DNA of 64,000 bases from an uncultured Prevotellaceae bacterium (lineage in GTDB: Bacteria > Bacteroidota > Bacteroidia > Bacteroidales > Bacteroidaceae), in contig CALBJW010000011.1 in NCBI GenBank assembly GCA_937893145.1, positions 682 through 64,681 on the forward strand, in the 5' to 3' direction. Each line of letters starts with the position of its first letter. Within the stretch, counting starts at the first letter, position 1. The notes beneath the pieces are model-generated. The model made no database searches. It saw nothing but the letters and a program-made list of their open reading frames with translations, and had not been told where the DNA came from. Of the stretch, positions 1 through 9,537 are shown one piece after another. The position numbers and the translations under genes were made by a program.

Positions 1-1456
1 GAGTGTAAGCAAGGGTCACATTGTGTTCTGGTGTCATCTTGTCAGAGAACTTATAATATTCGCTACCCATCACACCCTCACGAGTCAACATGTGAGGATA
101 GGTGCGCTCAATGCCATCAGGCTTGTAGGCACCGTGAAGGTCGAGCATCAACTCGTTCTCGGCTGTAGCCTTGATGATACGACGATACCAGTTTACCATA
201 TCCTGGTCGTCACGGTCCATGAAGTCAATCTTCACTCCCTTCACGCCCCACTTATGGTATTCAGGGAATGCCGCCTTGTACTGGTCGTTGTTGTTAGCAT
301 CTTCACAACGCAACCACAACCATATATCTACATTCTGGGCATTAGCATAGCGTATCAGTTCGGGCATATCGAGTTGAGGTGCCACATCAAGAATGTCGGC
401 TTCTGGCACGCAGTATGGTCCGTACCAAGTCCAGTCGATAAGCATATATGGCCAGTGTTCGCGAGCTGCAAAGTCGATGTACTGCTTGATGACATCCTGC
501 TCCATATTCACCTCACCACTCCACCAGTGGTCCCAGGCACACATGCCTGGTTTGATCCAAGAGGTGTTCTCCAATACACAGTCGGGATTGAGCGAACGGA
601 TTATCTCGCTCTCGATAAACTTGCCCGGATTGTTGCCCACCATCACTACGCGCCATGAGGTATTGATTTTCTCAGCAAAACGAGCCTTCACACCGTCTTC
701 CTCTTCGCCCCAGATAGGAGTGAGTTTGGTGTTGAGCATCAGGAATCCATCCTTAATCTCTGTGCTGCTACCAAGATAGAATGCAGGCCAGTTGTCGAGG
801 TCTGCCTCAAGTACTGCGAGGTAGTTGTTGCGGTCTATCTCTATGAGTCCTGGGAGTCCTGCATGTATGCTGCCCTTGATGTCGCATACAGGAGTCTTCT
901 CGAAAACTCCCTCCTGACTCGACTTGTAACTCTTGCCATCCTGCTCGTATGCGAAGTCTGGTATCCACAGACTTGACTTTGCAGGCACATTGAAACCCGT
1001 GAGTTCTCTTGTGACCTGACGATTGCCTAATACTGGAATGCCGTAAAGACCATATCTGAAAGCCACACCATCGTTCATCACACGGAATGTCACATCCATC
1101 TGGCGATACTGACCACTCTTCTCCTTGAGTACAAGAGCCAGTTCGGTGTAAGGCACCTTGCACTCCGCATGTTTATTGCGCACAACAGGAGTCCAAGCCT
1201 CCACACCCGATACGGCTTTGGCATCGTTCTTTACGGTGAAATTGCCACACATCGGAGCCTCGCCCTTCAGTTCGAATCCCATTGGAGAGGCTGCAACGAC
1301 AGTCTTACCATCGAAGTCTATGCTGTAGGTCAGGGTCTGTTGGTTGGAAACTTTGAGAGTGATGTGCTTGTCTGGCGACTGTACTTCGTATGTCTGTGCG
1401 CAGAGTTTGCCGCACAACGAGAGTAGGAAAATAGATAGAATTGTCTGTGCTTTCAT
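1..1456 (-). CDS. Glycoside hydrolase family 97 (SusB-like alpha-glucosidase/galactosidase), N-terminal 485 codons; C-terminus runs off the window start
   Basis: Absent from the ORF track because there is no in-window stop. Hand translation of the minus strand from the ATG (complement 1454-1456) is open to position 1: MKAQTILSIFLLSLCGKLCAQTYEVQ... It shows GH97-type strings (CAWDHWW, GVKGVKIDFMDRDDQDMVNWY, LDLHGAYKPDGIERTYPHMLTREGV). Plus-strand ORFs 23-658 and 393-779 are antisense shadows. Confidence 0.8.
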   Translation of the reverse strand, partial: MKAQTILSIFLLSLCGKLCAQTYEVQSPDKHITLKVSNQQTLTYSIDFDGKTVVAASPMGFELKGEAPMCGNFTVKNDAKAVSGVEAWTPVVRNKHAECKVPYTELALVLKEKSGQYRQMDVTFRVMNDGVAFRYGLYGIPVLGNRQVTRELTGFNVPAKSSLWIPDFAYEQDGKSYKSSQEGVFEKTPVCDIKGSIHAGLPGLIEIDRNNYLAVLEADLDNWPAFYLGSSTEIKDGFLMLNTKLTPIWGEEEDGVKARFAEKINTSWRVVMVGNNPGKFIESEIIRSLNPDCVLENTSWIKPGMCAWDHWWSGEVNMEQDVIKQYIDFAAREHWPYMLIDWTWYGPYCVPEADILDVAPQLDMPELIRYANAQNVDIWLWLRCEDANNNDQYKAAFPEYHKWGVKGVKIDFMDRDDQDMVNWYRRIIKATAENELMLDLHGAYKPDGIERTYPHMLTREGVMGSEYYKFSDKMTPEHNVTLAYT

Positions 1457-1510
1457 TTTTTGGGGTTCTATTAATCCCCGCAAATATCGACATTTTTGTG
1501 CAAATGTCCA

Positions 1511-1546
1511 AAAAAAAGGGCATCAAAATTGATTTGATGCCCTTTT
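1511..1546. terminator. Bidirectional rho-independent terminator-like hairpin
   Basis: The stem gggcatcaaa / tttgatgccc encloses loop attga. An A run precedes it and a T run follows. Confidence 0.6.
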
Positions 1547-1587
1547 CGGATTGTTGATATAAAGAACACGGAGACCTATACGGTCTC

Positions 1588-1738
1588 CTGGACTGAAAGA
1601 AATTAATAGAAATTAAAAGAAATTTTATCCAGAAATTATTATTTGACATAGAGTTACATTCACTCAAAAAGTAATTTCTGACCAAGCATCTATGATGCGG
1701 AAATTTCTTTTAATTTCTATTAATTTCTTTCAGTTCAG
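1588..1738. repeat. Long inverted repeat (33 bp perfect arms, extendable to ~38 bp) with a 75-bp spacer containing a nested 9-bp IR
   Basis: Arms 1593-1625 ctgaaagaaattaatagaaattaaaagaaattt and 1701-1733 (exact reverse complement). Nested IR cagaaatta / taatttctg at 1630-1638 and 1672-1680. Confidence 0.85.
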
Positions 1739-1765
1739 AACATTTCTCAAAATGTTCGTGTATCG

Positions 1766-1936
1766 TTAGAACTGGAAGTTGTTGAACTTAGCGAAGCCAT
1801 CGCCGCCGTTGTTGTATTCATCTTCCTCTTTCATGTCCTGAGCAGGTGCGCTCATAACCATGAGGTTTTCTGCTATCATATCTGCTGTTTCGAGTTCGAT
1901 GTACTCGAGTTCTGGAGTGCTATATGTCTTTTTCAT
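1766..1936 (-). CDS. Unannotated 56-aa acidic peptide, paralog A (partner of the 976-aa T9SS protein)
   Basis: Below the ORF-track size cutoff and read by hand. The ATG lies 12 nt after the stop of the 976-aa gene. Sequence: MKKTYSTPELEYIELETADMIAENLMVMSAPAQDMKEEDEYNNGGDGFAKFNNFQF. A 57-aa paralog sits in the identical position at 5104-5277. Confidence 0.6.
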   Translation of the reverse strand: MKKTYSTPELEYIELETADMIAENLMVMSAPAQDMKEEDEYNNGGDGFAKFNNFQF

Positions 1937-1948
1937 AATTTCCGAGAT

Positions 1949-4879
1949 TTACTTGATTACTTTCTTACCGTTAATAATATAAACACCCTTGACAGCGTTG
2001 TTTACACGACGACCACTGAGGTCGTAGATTACATTCTTGCCAGCCTCAGAGTCGATGGTCTCGATAGCTGTAGCGTCTTCGCTTGGGATGAACAACTTGA
2101 CAGACTGAGTGCCGCCGTATGTGAGGTATGCACGATTAGCACCAATCTTAAGACCGTCATCTGCTACACGATAGAAGCCAAGACCCTTGCTTTCCTGGTT
2201 CTGGAGAAGATAGTTGCCTGCACCTGCAGGAACATCTGTGAGAATGAATGCACCTGTGAGGAGTTCGTCTGTATAGAGGTTTTCGGTAGCGAGTGCAACG
2301 CCTGAGAGTGTAGTCTTGCTGCCGCCCTTATAATATACAATATAAGGAGTGCAAGCCTCGAACTTGTCTGCCTTTTCAAGGACTACTTCATTGTCTGCAC
2401 TAACACCTGTGGCCTTGTAAGCAGTAAAGCCTCTTGGTACATTATCTGAGTATGGGAGGATGAATGTACCATAGCCAAGAGAAGAGATATTGAGTGCAAC
2501 CTCATGCTTAGCTGCAGGAGTAACGCTAAGTGAAGTGTGAGCATTGTTGCCAGAAACACCAGCAAGGATGATGTTATTGCTTGAAGTACCGAGTGTATTC
2601 TTGCCATTGCTGATTGCAGCAACAGTTTCTACTGTATAAGAAGGCACAACTGAGAATACTGTAGCATTCTCCTTGTTAGGTGTTGTGCTGAGAGTTGTAG
2701 TACCTGAGAGGTAAACCTTATTACCATCCTTGTCGGTGATGCTCACATTGTATGTATTAACAGCTTCGCCAGCCTTCTCGAATGCTACTACCTGATGGAA
2801 GTTTGTAGAACCTGCAGCATCTGTAAACTTCATGTTGTAACCCTCGCCTGCCGAAGTGAATGTAACAGCTTTGTCGTTGATGCCTAAAGTCTCATCCTTC
2901 ATAGTGAGGTTGTAGAGACCCTTTGCTGATGGTCCCTGGAATGCCTTCTCCATGAATGTAGCTTCGATGTCAGCAAGTTTCTTGGCTGCAGCATCAATTT
3001 CTGTTGCAGACTTGCTACCACTTTCCTGAACCTTCTTGGCAGCATCCAATGCTTTCTGGTAGTTGTTCACAATAGTCTGATTGTATGTGAATGGTCTATC
3101 ATCTGTTTCCTTTGTTGCGATGTTTGCCTCTGGGATATTAGCATTAGCAACAGCATTGCCAAGTTCCTTCTCTGCACGCTTGAGCGACTTGATGTGAGTG
3201 AGGCGAACATTGTCTGCCTTGAACCAATCTTCACCAATAACATTTACGAGTGGAGTAGTTCCTCCATTAAGAACAATAAGAACAATTGATGTTTCTTCAA
3301 TCTCGAAATCACAGTTAACATCAACAAATTCGCCATTCTTAGGAGCAGCACTTCCGTTCTTAATACCACCCTTACCAATAACCTGGCCGAGGTTTGCCAA
3401 AATACCCTTAAGCACATCTCCAGTCTCACCTTTAATAATCGCACCCAAATCAATACCCTTAATTACATCGCCAAGAATACTTGTAGGAATAGTAATGACA
3501 CTAAGTTGGCAAGTTGAAGCAGTTAATCCTAATACAGAATATCTTTTAGCATTCATCAAAGCTGATGCACGATAAGCTCCTGCAGGGAGACCAATGATAG
3601 GTTGGAATATCATCTGTCCCTTATCGTGAGTGTAGTAATAATAACGATTATGTCCATTCTTCATTGCATAATAGTCTGCATTTACTACTGGGTGAGAGTT
3701 TTCAGAGAATTTGCCAAGCGAAATGGCTTCTGCAATTCCTGCAAGTCCACCTGCTGCACCTGCAGCATCTTTGCTGACTGCATTCTTAATGATTTCCAAT
3801 AAAGAACCTGCAACTTTACTTTCATCAATATCAAGAGTGTACCAACAAGACATATTGCCACGGTCGAATGAGTTGTTGCCGATAAGACCAGTGAAGTTTA
3901 CATTATCATCGAAACCGCCAAGTCCATCACCCGTAGCAAGGCGAGCAGTACAAGTTGTGCGGAGTGTTGACATAGCAGCATCCATTGCCTTTGTATCAGT
4001 AGCAATCTGAAGAGCACCCTTTGCCACAGTACAAGCCGCAGGAACTGCACCGCCCATAGCTTCTGCCTCTTCAATTTCTCGCATACATGCCTGATAGTAG
4101 TCAGCTATTGCTTCAAATTCTGCAATCTTGTTTTCGAGGTCTTCTGTAGCCTTGTTGATATCATCTACAGAAGCAGGACGGAGAGACCAAGAAGTTGCTC
4201 TACGCTTCACATCCTGAGCAGCGAGTTTCTGTACTTCAATCGCAGCCTTACCCGCAGTTGTCATTCCTTCCATCTTCATTGCCTCATCAGCATGTGCAAT
4301 AGCCTTGTCAAGACGAGCAAGAGCATCTTGTTTTGCTGCAGGACTTGCATTGTATTCGGATACACTTACAAGTACCCAAACATTATTCTCGTCGGAAGCA
4401 TCGTTTGTACAAGCAAATGCACCATCATTTACTGTAAGATAGCCTGTGTAAGAAGCTGAATTACGATTAAATGCACCGTATTTCCATGATTCTGTCTTAC
4501 TAAACTTGTAACCGTCCTCTGCAGAACCAGTGAAAACGAGTTCAGTTTCTTCTCCATCGAAAGAGGCACTTGTACTCTTAGGAGTAGCACTTCCAAAAGT
4601 ACCACTATTTGCTTCAATTTCAATGGAAGCAAATTTACCATACTTGTTCTGGAGCTTACAAGTGCTTTCTGTTACTGTAGCAGTGAAAGCAAGTGGCGAA
4701 CCCTCTGCGAGAGTTACATCTTGCGAAACGAACAAGTTTGTAGCCTTATTCAAAATGTAATAAGATGCACCGTCCTCAAGAGTTTGAGGAGTCCATGTCT
4801 GCTGTGCTAATGCCTGATGACCTATGAAAGTGCAGCATAGCAACAGCCATAAAGAAAGAATTCTTCTTTTCATAATCAT
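1949..4879 (-). CDS. Large T9SS-sorted secreted/surface protein (976 aa), paralog A
   Basis: Signal peptide MIMKRRILSLWLLLCCTFIGHQALAQ. The C-terminus ...VIYDLSGRRVNNAVKGVYIINGKKVIK fits the T9SS type-A sorting domain pattern. A central FTGLIGNNSFDRGNMSCWY...FKADNVRLTHI module looks jelly-roll/CBM-like. It is collinear with the C-terminal ~950 aa of the ORF at 5290-9537. Confidence 0.8.
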   Translation of the reverse strand: MIMKRRILSLWLLLCCTFIGHQALAQQTWTPQTLEDGASYYILNKATNLFVSQDVTLAEGSPLAFTATVTESTCKLQNKYGKFASIEIEANSGTFGSATPKSTSASFDGEETELVFTGSAEDGYKFSKTESWKYGAFNRNSASYTGYLTVNDGAFACTNDASDENNVWVLVSVSEYNASPAAKQDALARLDKAIAHADEAMKMEGMTTAGKAAIEVQKLAAQDVKRRATSWSLRPASVDDINKATEDLENKIAEFEAIADYYQACMREIEEAEAMGGAVPAACTVAKGALQIATDTKAMDAAMSTLRTTCTARLATGDGLGGFDDNVNFTGLIGNNSFDRGNMSCWYTLDIDESKVAGSLLEIIKNAVSKDAAGAAGGLAGIAEAISLGKFSENSHPVVNADYYAMKNGHNRYYYYTHDKGQMIFQPIIGLPAGAYRASALMNAKRYSVLGLTASTCQLSVITIPTSILGDVIKGIDLGAIIKGETGDVLKGILANLGQVIGKGGIKNGSAAPKNGEFVDVNCDFEIEETSIVLIVLNGGTTPLVNVIGEDWFKADNVRLTHIKSLKRAEKELGNAVANANIPEANIATKETDDRPFTYNQTIVNNYQKALDAAKKVQESGSKSATEIDAAAKKLADIEATFMEKAFQGPSAKGLYNLTMKDETLGINDKAVTFTSAGEGYNMKFTDAAGSTNFHQVVAFEKAGEAVNTYNVSITDKDGNKVYLSGTTTLSTTPNKENATVFSVVPSYTVETVAAISNGKNTLGTSSNNIILAGVSGNNAHTSLSVTPAAKHEVALNISSLGYGTFILPYSDNVPRGFTAYKATGVSADNEVVLEKADKFEACTPYIVYYKGGSKTTLSGVALATENLYTDELLTGAFILTDVPAGAGNYLLQNQESKGLGFYRVADDGLKIGANRAYLTYGGTQSVKLFIPSEDATAIETIDSEAGKNVIYDLSGRRVNNAVKGVYIINGKKVIK

Positions 4880-5035
4880 ACATTAAATTATAATTGTTAG
4901 TAGTAATAAATGCGTTAGTGGCGTAAGGCGTTAGTGGTATGCCTAATAGCTTTAGTGGTTATATTGAATGCGCAAAGATACGATAAATTATTTTAAATGA
5001 AAGAAAGAGACCATGTTTTTTGTCGTTTTATATAT

Positions 5036-5071
5036 AAAAAAGGTGTTGCCGCGAGTGCGACAACACCTTTT
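5036..5071. terminator. Rho-independent terminator after the 1415-aa gene plus peptide B
   Basis: aaaaaggtgttgccgcgagtgcgacaacacctttt is a GC stem flanked by A and T runs. Confidence 0.7.
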
Positions 5072-5103
5072 CATGATGTTATAAAGAATAGTTTCCTTAT
5101 TCG

Positions 5104-5277
5104 TTAGAACTGGAAGTTGTTGAACTTGGCGAAGCCATCGCCACCGTTTGTATATTCTTCAACTTCCTCAGACTGCTGCACTGCATGAGAACTATCAATA
5201 ACAGGGAGTTCTGCAATCATGTCTGCTGTTTCGAGTTCTACATACTCGAGTTCTGGAGTGCTATATATCTTTTTCAT
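5104..5277 (-). CDS. Unannotated 57-aa acidic peptide, paralog B (partner of the 1415-aa T9SS protein)
   Basis: Read by hand; the ATG lies 12 nt after the stop of the 1415-aa gene. Sequence: MKKIYSTPELEYVELETADMIAELPVIDSSHAVQQSEEVEEYTNGGDGFAKFNNFQF. The N-terminal 23 aa and C-terminal 14 aa are conserved with paralog A, while the middle diverges. Confidence 0.6.
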   Translation of the reverse strand: MKKIYSTPELEYVELETADMIAELPVIDSSHAVQQSEEVEEYTNGGDGFAKFNNFQF

Positions 5278-5289
5278 AATTTCCGAGAT

Positions 5290-8200
5290 TTACTTGATTA
5301 CTTTCTTACCGTTAATAATATAAACACCCTTGACAGCGTTGTTCACACGACGACCGCTGAGGTCGTAGATTACATCCTTACCTGCTTCTGAATCGATAGC
5401 GTCGATGCCTGTTGCATCTGCATCAAGAGAGAACATCTTGACTGACTGAGCACCATTGTACATGAGGAATGCACGGTTAGCACCAATCTGGAGGCCCTTG
5501 TCTGCTACATAGTAGAAGCCAAGCTTGTTATTGTTGTTCTGGAGGAGGTAATTGCCTTGATTCTCAGCAACAGGTGAGAGTTCGTTAGCGCCCTTGAGGA
5601 TGCCTTCTGTGTAGAAGTTCTGAGTAGCGAGTGCAACACCTGAAAGTGTTTCTTTCTTGCCACCTTCTGCAGAGACGATGTAAGGAACACAAGCCTCAAA
5701 CTTGTTAACCTCTTCAAGAACTACAGCATTATTCTCAACGCCTGTAGCCTTGTAAGCCTTAACGCCTGAAGGAATCTCAGCATCGTAAGGGAGCATGAAT
5801 GTACCCCAACCGAGTGAAGAGATATTAAGATCTACATTGTGCTTAGCTGCTGGAGTAACTGCGATAGTGCTGTAAGTTCTACTGCCTGATACACAAGCAA
5901 GAGTATTAGAGTTGTTGGCTACACCAAGTGAACGATTGCTATTGTTGAGAGCTGCCACTGTTTCTACTGTGTAAGAAGGAATGACTGTGAACTTTGTAGC
6001 ATCATTAACATTTGGTGTTGTGCTGAGGGAAGTAGTACCCTTGAGATAATCCTTATTGCCATCAACATCTGTGATGCTTACAACATAAGTATTAACTGCT
6101 TCGCCAACATGTTCGAAACCAACTGCCTGATGGTAGTTTGTAGAACCTGCAACATCTGTGAACAACATGCTGTACTGATTGTTGAGATTCTTGAAAGTAA
6201 CAGACTTGTCTGTGCAGTTAGCACCAGCATCCTTGATAGTGAGGTTGAAGAGACCGTCTGCTGTAGGACCCTGGAATGCCTTATCGAAGAATGTAGCAGA
6301 GAAGTCAGCGAGTTCAGAAGCTGCCTTGTGCATGTCGATAGTTGAGTTAGAACCCTTATCCTTGAGAGCCTGAGCAGCATCGTTGAGAGACTTGTACTGG
6401 TTAACGAGAGCCTGGTTGTAAGTGAATGGCTTATCGTTGCTTGTTTTGGCTGCGATGTTAGCCTCTGGGATATTAACACCCTTGAGAGCAGCAGCAAGTT
6501 CATCCTTAGCACTCTTACGAGACTGAGTCATGACGAGACGAACATTATCAGCACGGAATGGTTCTGCACCTACGAGTGGGAGTGCAATACCAGAGTTGAG
6601 CACGAGGATTACGATAGCGCCTTCTTCGATTTCAAACTCTACAGATACCTCTTCAAACTTGTTGCTTGACTGAGGATTGTTGCTGCCTGTCTTGAGAGCA
6701 CCCTGAGAGATGATAGTACCCATACTACCAATGACACCACGAAGGAGGTTGCCCATGTTAGTTGGGTCTGTAATATCGATATTGCCAATGATGTCGCCAA
6801 GAATATTTGTTGGGACAACGATTGCACTGATATAGTTCTGGAATGCAAGACCGCCAAGCAATGTGTTAGAAGTCATGAGTGCAGAAGCCTTGTACGAACC
6901 TGCAGGAAGACCAATGAGTGGCTGGAATACTGGCTGACCTGTTGTACCAAGTCCACCGACGATACCACCATTCTGAGTGTTGTAGTAGAAGCGGTTGTGT
7001 CCTTCTGCCACAGCATTAGGAGCTTCGTTCACAACTGGCTTTGAACCATCTGCGAAGTCCTGAATCTTAACAATACCTGTCAATGCACCAAGACCACCGC
7101 TTGTAATTGCACTCCACAACTTAGTCAGGTCTGATTCGAATGACAATGTGTACCAACCTGCCATCGAACCGAAGTCGAATGAGTTGTTAGCGATAAGACC
7201 TGTGAAGTTAGTGTTGTCCTTGAATGGAGTAAGATCGCCAAGGAGTGACTGACCAGCTACCGCTGCTGCTGCCGCAATGCGGAGAGTAGTGATTGCAGCC
7301 TCCATTGCTTCTGGAGTATTAGCCGCCTCGAGTGCTGCACGAGCTATGGCAACCTCAGCAGAAACGATACCACCAAGACCATTGATTTCTTCAAGTGCTG
7401 TAATAGCTGCATTGTAGTTAGGGAGCAGAGCCTTCATGTCCTCTATTGCCTTGAAGAGGGCATCGGCAGTATTGTTCATAGAAGAAATTGTAGTTGTTGG
7501 AAGACCAGAAACAGTCAAAAGGTATTGAGCTGCTGTACGCTGAGCAACAACATTTGTCACAGCACCAAACAATGGGCCACCATCCTGAAGAATCTCATTA
7601 GCTGCTGCTACAGCCTCCTGAAGGCGCGCTACCGCATCCTTTCTTACTGCATCACTACTGTTGTACTCTTCTTCGCTTACAAGAACCCAAACATTATATG
7701 AGTCAGACTCAATAGTCTTCTCTGCAAGAGTAGCAGAATTACCTGCTGGAAGAGCAGAAAGATATGTCTTGTAAGTTGCTTCCTGACGCAAGCCACCGAA
7801 GAAACCACCATACTGCCATGTTCTCTGAGTACTCAAAAGGTATCCATCGTTAGCTTCTGTAACTGTGAAGTTAGTCTTAGAACCTGTAGGAGAAACCGTA
7901 ATAGAAGTTGGAGTACCCTGACCACCTGTACCAAGAAGACCTTCATCTACATTGATTGTAAGGTTGAGGTATGTGCCATCCTCATTCTTGAACGCGTATG
8001 TACCATCTTCGTTTGCTTCAGCTGTAAATACCATTGAACCGTGGTCGAGCATAGTATTTGAACTGCCAATGAAGTAGCCTGTTGCCTTGTTTATGAAGAG
8101 ATAATTAGCACCATCTTCAAGAGCAACTGGTGTCCAATCCTTTGAAGGGTCTGTAGTAGTAAAGAGGTTTACATTTGTGAGTTCAGCACCGTTCACATTG

Positions 8201-9537
8201 ATAGTATAGTTGCCAGCCTCCTTAGTATAGAATACATAAGAATAAGAAGCACTCTGTTCTGCATTTGGAGCAGCAAAGCGTACTACCTCATTACCGTTAC
8301 CATCCTTGATGGTTACTGTAGTAGTACCTGTATAGTTGAATGTCAACTTATATGCCTGATTGCCCTTGAGAGGCATGATGTTGTTTGGAGCATCATTACC
8401 ATAAACATCTGTGATAACAGTACCAGCTTCAACGGCATTAACCTCACGAGAGTTAGCCTCCCATACTTTACTATCTGTATTCCAGTCAAAAGGATTAAGG
8501 CTATTTGCTCTAAGATTATTATAAAGTGTATTGGCCTCTTCTTGAGAATAGTTTGCTTCATTTGCTATAATATCAAGAGCTTTAGCATAGAGAGCACGAT
8601 ACTCTTTACCTGTGTATGGAGCATATTCGTTTCTTGCAAAACCAAGTTTTGCTTCTGCAGTGGCAATAATGCCCTCTGCGTATGTAATGCCCTTCTTCAA
8701 GTTGTCAAGGCTAAGAGCCTTCTTTGTTGTACCACTTACTGGAATAACGATTGACTTATCGCCTACGGCAATTGTTACATTTCCGCTATGAGAAGCAGAA
8801 GAAACATTTCTACCAAGAGTAGGAGTATTATAAGTAATTACAATTTCTGTAGTTGTTGGAGCACCATTACCACCTTCAATTGTAGCAGGAGATACAGTGA
8901 AGATGTTATTATCACTACTTACTGTTACATCTCCTAAACGAGGTGAATAGTTGAGAGCTACAACGATTGTTGGTTGGTTACCAGTTACAACATTACCAAA
9001 TTCTGCCGACTCCTTGTCTGCCGAGAATGTGTTATCATACTCCTCTGCTTTAACGAAAATCCAACGAGCAGTACCGTCGTTAGCATTTTCTGCAATGGCA
9101 ATTGTATTTTCTGCTGTTGCAGAAACATAGCGTGCAGCCCTTGATAAACCGCCTGTCTGGACTGTAGCATTGAGAGTGTAGTAATTCTGATTACGACCTC
9201 TGTTCAAAACATTGACTGGAGATGCAGCATTTGTAGCGACAGACACAACCCAATTCTGGTTGAAAAGAGTTCCTGTGTTTATACTTGTCACACTAATGTA
9301 CTTCTCATCCTGTGACTTTACAGCACTTCCTTCCACAGTCCATGTGGTAGAAGGGTCTGCACTCAAAGTGTTGTTATCGTTGAGATAAGTCTTTGTCCCA
9401 ACATTGTAGAGGTAATACTCAACGCCAGCTTGAACTTCTTCAAACTTAGGTTGCCATCCCTCATTCTGCGCCATTGCCCGATTCCCCACTAATGAGCAGC
9501 ATAGCAATAGCATTAACGAAAATAATTTTCTTTTCAT
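5290..9537 (-). CDS. Large T9SS-sorted secreted/surface protein (1415 aa), paralog B with ~470-aa N-terminal extension
   Basis: Signal peptide MKRKLFSLMLLLCCSLVGNRAMAQ. The last 28 aa are identical to paralog A (T9SS CTD). It shares the FTGLIANNSFDFGSMAGWY...FRADNVRLV module. The extra N-terminal region repeats the W..V...EEY lectin-like unit. Confidence 0.8.
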   Translation of the reverse strand: MKRKLFSLMLLLCCSLVGNRAMAQNEGWQPKFEEVQAGVEYYLYNVGTKTYLNDNNTLSADPSTTWTVEGSAVKSQDEKYISVTSINTGTLFNQNWVVSVATNAASPVNVLNRGRNQNYYTLNATVQTGGLSRAARYVSATAENTIAIAENANDGTARWIFVKAEEYDNTFSADKESAEFGNVVTGNQPTIVVALNYSPRLGDVTVSSDNNIFTVSPATIEGGNGAPTTTEIVITYNTPTLGRNVSSASHSGNVTIAVGDKSIVIPVSGTTKKALSLDNLKKGITYAEGIIATAEAKLGFARNEYAPYTGKEYRALYAKALDIIANEANYSQEEANTLYNNLRANSLNPFDWNTDSKVWEANSREVNAVEAGTVITDVYGNDAPNNIMPLKGNQAYKLTFNYTGTTTVTIKDGNGNEVVRFAAPNAEQSASYSYVFYTKEAGNYTINVNGAELTNVNLFTTTDPSKDWTPVALEDGANYLFINKATGYFIGSSNTMLDHGSMVFTAEANEDGTYAFKNEDGTYLNLTINVDEGLLGTGGQGTPTSITVSPTGSKTNFTVTEANDGYLLSTQRTWQYGGFFGGLRQEATYKTYLSALPAGNSATLAEKTIESDSYNVWVLVSEEEYNSSDAVRKDAVARLQEAVAAANEILQDGGPLFGAVTNVVAQRTAAQYLLTVSGLPTTTISSMNNTADALFKAIEDMKALLPNYNAAITALEEINGLGGIVSAEVAIARAALEAANTPEAMEAAITTLRIAAAAAVAGQSLLGDLTPFKDNTNFTGLIANNSFDFGSMAGWYTLSFESDLTKLWSAITSGGLGALTGIVKIQDFADGSKPVVNEAPNAVAEGHNRFYYNTQNGGIVGGLGTTGQPVFQPLIGLPAGSYKASALMTSNTLLGGLAFQNYISAIVVPTNILGDIIGNIDITDPTNMGNLLRGVIGSMGTIISQGALKTGSNNPQSSNKFEEVSVEFEIEEGAIVILVLNSGIALPLVGAEPFRADNVRLVMTQSRKSAKDELAAALKGVNIPEANIAAKTSNDKPFTYNQALVNQYKSLNDAAQALKDKGSNSTIDMHKAASELADFSATFFDKAFQGPTADGLFNLTIKDAGANCTDKSVTFKNLNNQYSMLFTDVAGSTNYHQAVGFEHVGEAVNTYVVSITDVDGNKDYLKGTTSLSTTPNVNDATKFTVIPSYTVETVAALNNSNRSLGVANNSNTLACVSGSRTYSTIAVTPAAKHNVDLNISSLGWGTFMLPYDAEIPSGVKAYKATGVENNAVVLEEVNKFEACVPYIVSAEGGKKETLSGVALATQNFYTEGILKGANELSPVAENQGNYLLQNNNNKLGFYYVADKGLQIGANRAFLMYNGAQSVKMFSLDADATGIDAIDSEAGKDVIYDLSGRRVNNAVKGVYIINGKKVIK

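Noticed and set aside
23-1426. Plus-strand ORFs 23-658, 393-779 and 1169-1426, and the minus-strand ORF 807-1163
   Set aside because: All lie inside or out of frame with a continuous minus-strand reading frame. That frame encodes a recognisable GH97 glycosidase running off the window start. They are shadow ORFs.
1766-5277. Declaring the 56/57-aa peptides a lasso/RiPP biosynthetic cluster
   Set aside because: The YxxPxL and GG features are suggestive only. No cyclase, protease, RRE protein, radical SAM enzyme or peptidase-ABC exporter is present in the window. I kept this as an open hypothesis in the findings.
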